Shown here: positions 60,859 to 64,000 of the stretch, one piece after another
Layout: each line of letters begins with the position of its first letter
Numbering within the stretch: position 1 is the stretch's first letter
NCBI GenBank assembly: GCA_964517675.1
Contig: CAZFEL010000001.1
Coordinates: 387,588-451,587, forward strand
Length of the DNA: 64,000 bases
From: an uncultured archaeon
GTDB lineage: Archaea > Nanohalarchaeota > Nanosalinia > Nanosalinales > Nanoanaerosalinaceae
Direction: 5' to 3'
Notes under the pieces: model-generated
The model's input: only the letters and a program-made list of their open reading frames with translations
What the model was told of the DNA's origin: nothing
The model's database searches: none
Program-made: the position numbers and the translations under genes

Positions 60859-61452
60859 TTAAATTTTCCAAGCACGGACGGCGATGAGCCGCTCCCAGGC
60901 GACTTTCTCCTCTGCGGTGACCTCCGCTTCGAAGCCCCGGTCCGTGAACCGGTCCAGGGTCTTGTCTTCCCCGGTCACCGAGCTCTGGACCAGAAGGATC
61001 TGCCCGTCCGCGTCCAGGTACCGGCCGACGTCCTCGATGAACGTATCCACCAGGTCCCGACCGCCCTCGCCACCGTACCAGGCCAGCTCCTCGGTGCTCC
61101 GGCCCTCTCGGGAGCCGGGGATGTAGGGGGCATTGAACACGATCAGGTCGTATCTGTCATCGATGGCCTCGAACATATCGCTCCTGATGGTCTCGATACT
61201 GCAGTCGTTTTTCCCTGCGTTCTCACGTGCTGCCCGGAGCGCACCGTCGTTGATGTCCGTGGCGGTCACCTCGGCTCCCCCTGCTGCGGCGACGACCGCG
61301 AGGAAGCCGGAACCGGTCCCGATGTCTACGACCTGTTTCCCATCAAGGTCCATCCCCGCGAGGACGTCGGCGGCGAGGTAGGAATCCTCCCGGGGCTCAT
61401 AGACTCCTGTCGGGACCTCGACGACGAGATCGTCATAGAAGGTCTTTGTCAT
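60859..61452 (-). CDS. HemK/Mtq2-type protein-glutamine N5-methyltransferase
   Basis: VVDIGTGSGFLAVVAA (motif I). Motif IV reads FNAPYI instead of NPPY. Confidence 0.8.
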   Translation of the reverse strand: MTKTFYDDLVVEVPTGVYEPREDSYLAADVLAGMDLDGKQVVDIGTGSGFLAVVAAAGGAEVTATDINDGALRAARENAGKNDCSIETIRSDMFEAIDDRYDLIVFNAPYIPGSREGRSTEELAWYGGEGGRDLVDTFIEDVGRYLDADGQILLVQSSVTGEDKTLDRFTDRGFEAEVTAEEKVAWERLIAVRAWKI

Positions 61453-61456
61453 CCAA

Positions 61457-63043
61457 TCACCGCAGCGCTGCCTTCACGAGGCCGTGGTACAGCGGGTTGG
61501 GCGCCTCCAGCCGGGAGCAAAACTCCGGGTGGGCCTGGGTGCCGACATAGAACGAATGGTCCGGCAGCTCGATGTACTCGGCCAGCCGCCCCCTGTCAGA
61601 GGATCCGCTTATCACCAGTCCTCCCCCGGTCAGGTCATCGTGGTAGTCCGGGTTGACCTCGTACCGATGCCTGTGGCGCTCGGTCGCCGTGGTGGTGCCG
61701 TAAAGCTCCTGCACCCGGCTCCCCTGCTTTAGGTCTGCCTCCGAGGCACCCAGCCGCATCGTCCCACCTTTCTCCTCGAGTCCCTGCTGGTCGGGGAGGA
61801 TGTCGATGACGGGGTGCGGTGTCTCCTCGTCGGCCTCGGTTGAGTTGGCGTCCTCGAGCCCGCAGACGTTCCGCGCGTACTCGACGGTCATCATCTGCAT
61901 GCCGAGACAGATCCCGAGCAGGGGCATGCTCGTTTGGCGGCAGTACCGCGCGACCTCGATCTTGCCCTCGATCCCCCGGGAGCCGAACCCGCCGGGGATG
62001 ACGGCACCGTCAAAGCCGGACAGGGCCGCTGTTGCATCGTCCGTGTCCTCGATCGCCTCCGTGTCGATGAGCTCGGTCTCGATACGGGCGGACTCGTGGG
62101 CCCCGGCGTGTCTGAGTGCCTCCTCGACGCTGACGTAGGAGTCATCGATGTCGGTGTATTTCCCGCAGATCGCTATCCGCACCGTCTCCGCTGGGTCCTC
62201 CATGTTCTGGACGAGTGTGCGCCAGTCGTCGATGTCCTGCTGACCGTCGATCCCGAGCCTGTCGGCGACCTGCCGGTCTGCTCCTTCATCGGCCATGATG
62301 AGTGGTAGCCGGTAGATGTTGTCGATATCCGGATCGGAGAGGACTGCTTCGGTTTCCACGTCGCAGAACAGCGATATTTTTTCTTTCGTCTCGTCTGTCA
62401 GACGTTCATCGCTCCTGCCGACGATCAGATCGGGACTGAGTCCGGCGTGCTGGAGTTCCTTGATGGAGTGCTGGGTGGGTTTGGTCTTCTGTTCACCGAC
62501 CGCTTCGAGGTAGGGGACGAGGGTGAGGTGGATGAGGACGGCGGGGTCGTCCTGCTCCCGCATCTGCCTGATCGCCTCGAGGTACATCATGTTCTCCATG
62601 TCGCCGACGGTCCCACCGACCTCGACGATGGCGATATCGGCATCTTCTTCTTTGGCGATACTGCGGAACCGCTCCTGTATCTCGTCTGTGACATGTGGAA
62701 CCATCTGGACGGTCTCTCCAAGGTACTCTCCTTCGCGTTCCCGGTCGATGACTGCTTTGAAGACCTTGCCGGAGGTGAGGTTCCAGGCGGATCTGCCGTC
62801 TACGTCGAGGAAGCGCTCGTAGTGGCCGAAGTCCATGTCGACCTCACCGCCGTCGGCGAGCACGTAGACCTCGCCGTGCTCGACAGGGTTCATCGTGCCG
62901 GGATCGACGTTGAGATAGCCGTCGCACTTGATCGGGACGACCCTGTAGCCGCGCGATTCCAGAAGCTTGGCGATGGAAGCGGAGACAAGTCCCTTGCCGA
63001 GTCCGGAGAGGACGCCGCCCGTGACGAAGATCCAGCGTGGCAT
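61457..63043 (-). CDS. pyrG: CTP synthase
   Basis: [18 protein letters not shown] start at 63043; GICLGMQ glutamine amidotransferase Cys; full length. Confidence 0.95.
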   Translation of the reverse strand: MPRWIFVTGGVLSGLGKGLVSASIAKLLESRGYRVVPIKCDGYLNVDPGTMNPVEHGEVYVLADGGEVDMDFGHYERFLDVDGRSAWNLTSGKVFKAVIDREREGEYLGETVQMVPHVTDEIQERFRSIAKEEDADIAIVEVGGTVGDMENMMYLEAIRQMREQDDPAVLIHLTLVPYLEAVGEQKTKPTQHSIKELQHAGLSPDLIVGRSDERLTDETKEKISLFCDVETEAVLSDPDIDNIYRLPLIMADEGADRQVADRLGIDGQQDIDDWRTLVQNMEDPAETVRIAICGKYTDIDDSYVSVEEALRHAGAHESARIETELIDTEAIEDTDDATAALSGFDGAVIPGGFGSRGIEGKIEVARYCRQTSMPLLGICLGMQMMTVEYARNVCGLEDANSTEADEETPHPVIDILPDQQGLEEKGGTMRLGASEADLKQGSRVQELYGTTTATERHRHRYEVNPDYHDDLTGGGLVISGSSDRGRLAEYIELPDHSFYVGTQAHPEFCSRLEAPNPLYHGLVKAALR

Positions 63044-63149
63044 GCCAGTACATTCGGTTGGATGGCTTTTGTAGTTGGGTGTGTCGGGGGCGCGTTCCTC
63101 CTCCGGGGCAACCACCAGGTTTAAAAATTTGTCACTATAAAATACTAAC

Positions 63150-63599
63150 ATGACATTGGAGATGTCGGTCGTGGAGTACATGGAACGCGTGGTAGCAAAC
63201 CCGGATATCACTCGATCGGTCACGGACCGCTTTGCCGAGGGAGTCAACCTTGCGGAGATGGACCACCGGGAGCAGCGTGAGGCGTACGGCGACTGGATCG
63301 ATGGCGTCGAAGCGTATACCTACGAGTGGAAAGACCTGCCGGAGGAGCTGAATGAGGACGGAAAGGCATCGGCCCCGATGCAGCAGGATCCGCTGCGTCT
63401 GTTAGATCAGGACGGCTACGATCAGCTCCGGGAGGAAATGGATGAGGAAGCGTATCAGGCGGCCGTCGCACCGCACGAGAGTGTGCTCCCAGCGCCTGAA
63501 TCGCGGTTCTACATGGACCGTCTTGAGGATACATACGAGAGCCGGGAAGAACTCCTGGATGAGCATGTCGATATTGTGCCGCTGCAGGACGCGCTGTAG
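63150..63599 (+). CDS. hypothetical acidic protein
   Basis: 149-aa acidic ORF. gtttaaaaattt box about 25 nt upstream. No homologue recognised. Confidence 0.6.
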   Translation: MTLEMSVVEYMERVVANPDITRSVTDRFAEGVNLAEMDHREQREAYGDWIDGVEAYTYEWKDLPEELNEDGKASAPMQQDPLRLLDQDGYDQLREEMDEEAYQAAVAPHESVLPAPESRFYMDRLEDTYESREELLDEHVDIVPLQDAL

Positions 63600-63602
63600 T
63601 CC

Positions 63603-63746
63603 CTAGCCGCGGTGTTTTTTCCGGAGTCGTCCGAGGGCGCTCCCGAGTTCTTCGAAGCCTTGATGGAGGCAGTCATCACAGACTTCTCGTTCCTGTTCTT
63701 CCTTGGTCTCCAGTAGGTCTCCGCAGAGATCGCAGTGCTTTGTCAC
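63603..63746 (-). CDS. possible 47-aa zinc-ribbon protein (GTG start overlapping the ksgA stop)
   Basis: Hand translation gives VTKHCDLCGDLLETKEEQEREVCDDCLHQGFEELGSALGRLRKKHRG. GTGA junction at 63743-63746. Confidence 0.3.
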   Translation of the reverse strand: MTKHCDLCGDLLETKEEQEREVCDDCLHQGFEELGSALGRLRKKHRG

Positions 63747-64000
63747 AGTCGTCCCTCCAGCCAGGAGCTGATCTCGGCCAACTGTTTGAGCTGCAGGTTT
63801 ATGACCCTTTCCTCGCTGTAGGGAACATCATCCCGCAGCTCCTTGCCGCGGTCCTTCGAGATATCGAGTATGTGCCTGGCATCGACGAAGGCGTTCCGGA
63901 CCTTCTTGCGCTTGTGGGTGAAAAGCGCCCTGACGATCGTGAAGAAAGTGTCCTCGTCTGCAGTATCGGGTTTTTTCTCCCGTGGAAAGAGCTTGACGAG
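63743..64000 (-). CDS. ksgA: C-terminal part of 16S rRNA dimethyladenosine transferase (KsgA/RsmA/Dim1); the 5' end lies outside the window
   Basis: Hand translation gives ..DEDTFFTIVRALFTHKRKKVRNAFVDARHIL..VINLQLKQLAEISSWLEGRL, the typical KsgA C-terminal domain. Confidence 0.8.
   Translation of the reverse strand, partial: LVKLFPREKKPDTADEDTFFTIVRALFTHKRKKVRNAFVDARHILDISKDRGKELRDDVPYSEERVINLQLKQLAEISSWLEGRL

Overview
The window is a gene-dense (about 90% coding), GC-rich stretch of an archaeal chromosome from a salt-adapted organism. Nearly all convincing proteins are strongly acidic (D/E-rich), and the homologues are archaeal information-processing genes. These sit in several conserved ribosomal, transcription and translation clusters:
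- sua5/tsaC-kae1-S27ae-S24e-spt4-rpoE-ppa-PIN
- aIF2gamma-S6e
- aIF5B
- L7Ae-S28e-L24e
- rpoK-eno-S2-MEMO
- PAC2-nop10-aIF2alpha-S27e-L44e-GINS
- PCNA
- TFS
- rpoL
- L10e
- ksgA

Interspersed are ion-homeostasis genes (Kef-like RCK protein, two MscS-like channels, trkH/trkA) and housekeeping enzymes (GluRS, RNase J, CTP synthase). Several clusters of secreted or surface proteins are also present.

Many neighbouring genes overlap by 1-8 nt (ATGA/GTGA junctions). Most intergenic gaps carry a TTTAAA/TTTATAAA-like box about 25-40 nt upstream of the start codon, which suggests short or absent leaders.

I recognised no rRNA, no canonical tRNA, no CRISPR array and no transposase or integrase. Two ORF-poor, hairpin-rich, GC-rich gaps (about 18.13-18.52 kb and 27.2-27.5 kb) look like structured RNA genes, but I could not assign them to a family by eye.

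Observations most worth follow-up:
1. An operon of two RimK-type ATP-grasp ligases (one apparently degenerate) with an MscS-like channel fused to a papain-like (C39/phytochelatin-synthase-like) peptidase domain. It sits tail-to-tail with a P-loop protein.
2. A cysteine-free single-chain primase: PriS fused to a PriL-CTD-like module in which every Fe-S cysteine is replaced.
3. A low-GC three-gene island encoding a Tat-signal S1 serine protease plus two small paralogous secreted proteins.
4. A PEP-utilising-enzyme homologue whose phospho-histidine is replaced by serine.
5. A perfect 40-bp duplication of the PIN-gene start that creates a coupled upstream ORF.

The lineage guess is inference only: a small-genome halophilic archaeon, possibly DPANN/Nanohaloarchaeota-like. 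All family assignments come from motif recognition by eye, not from database searches.
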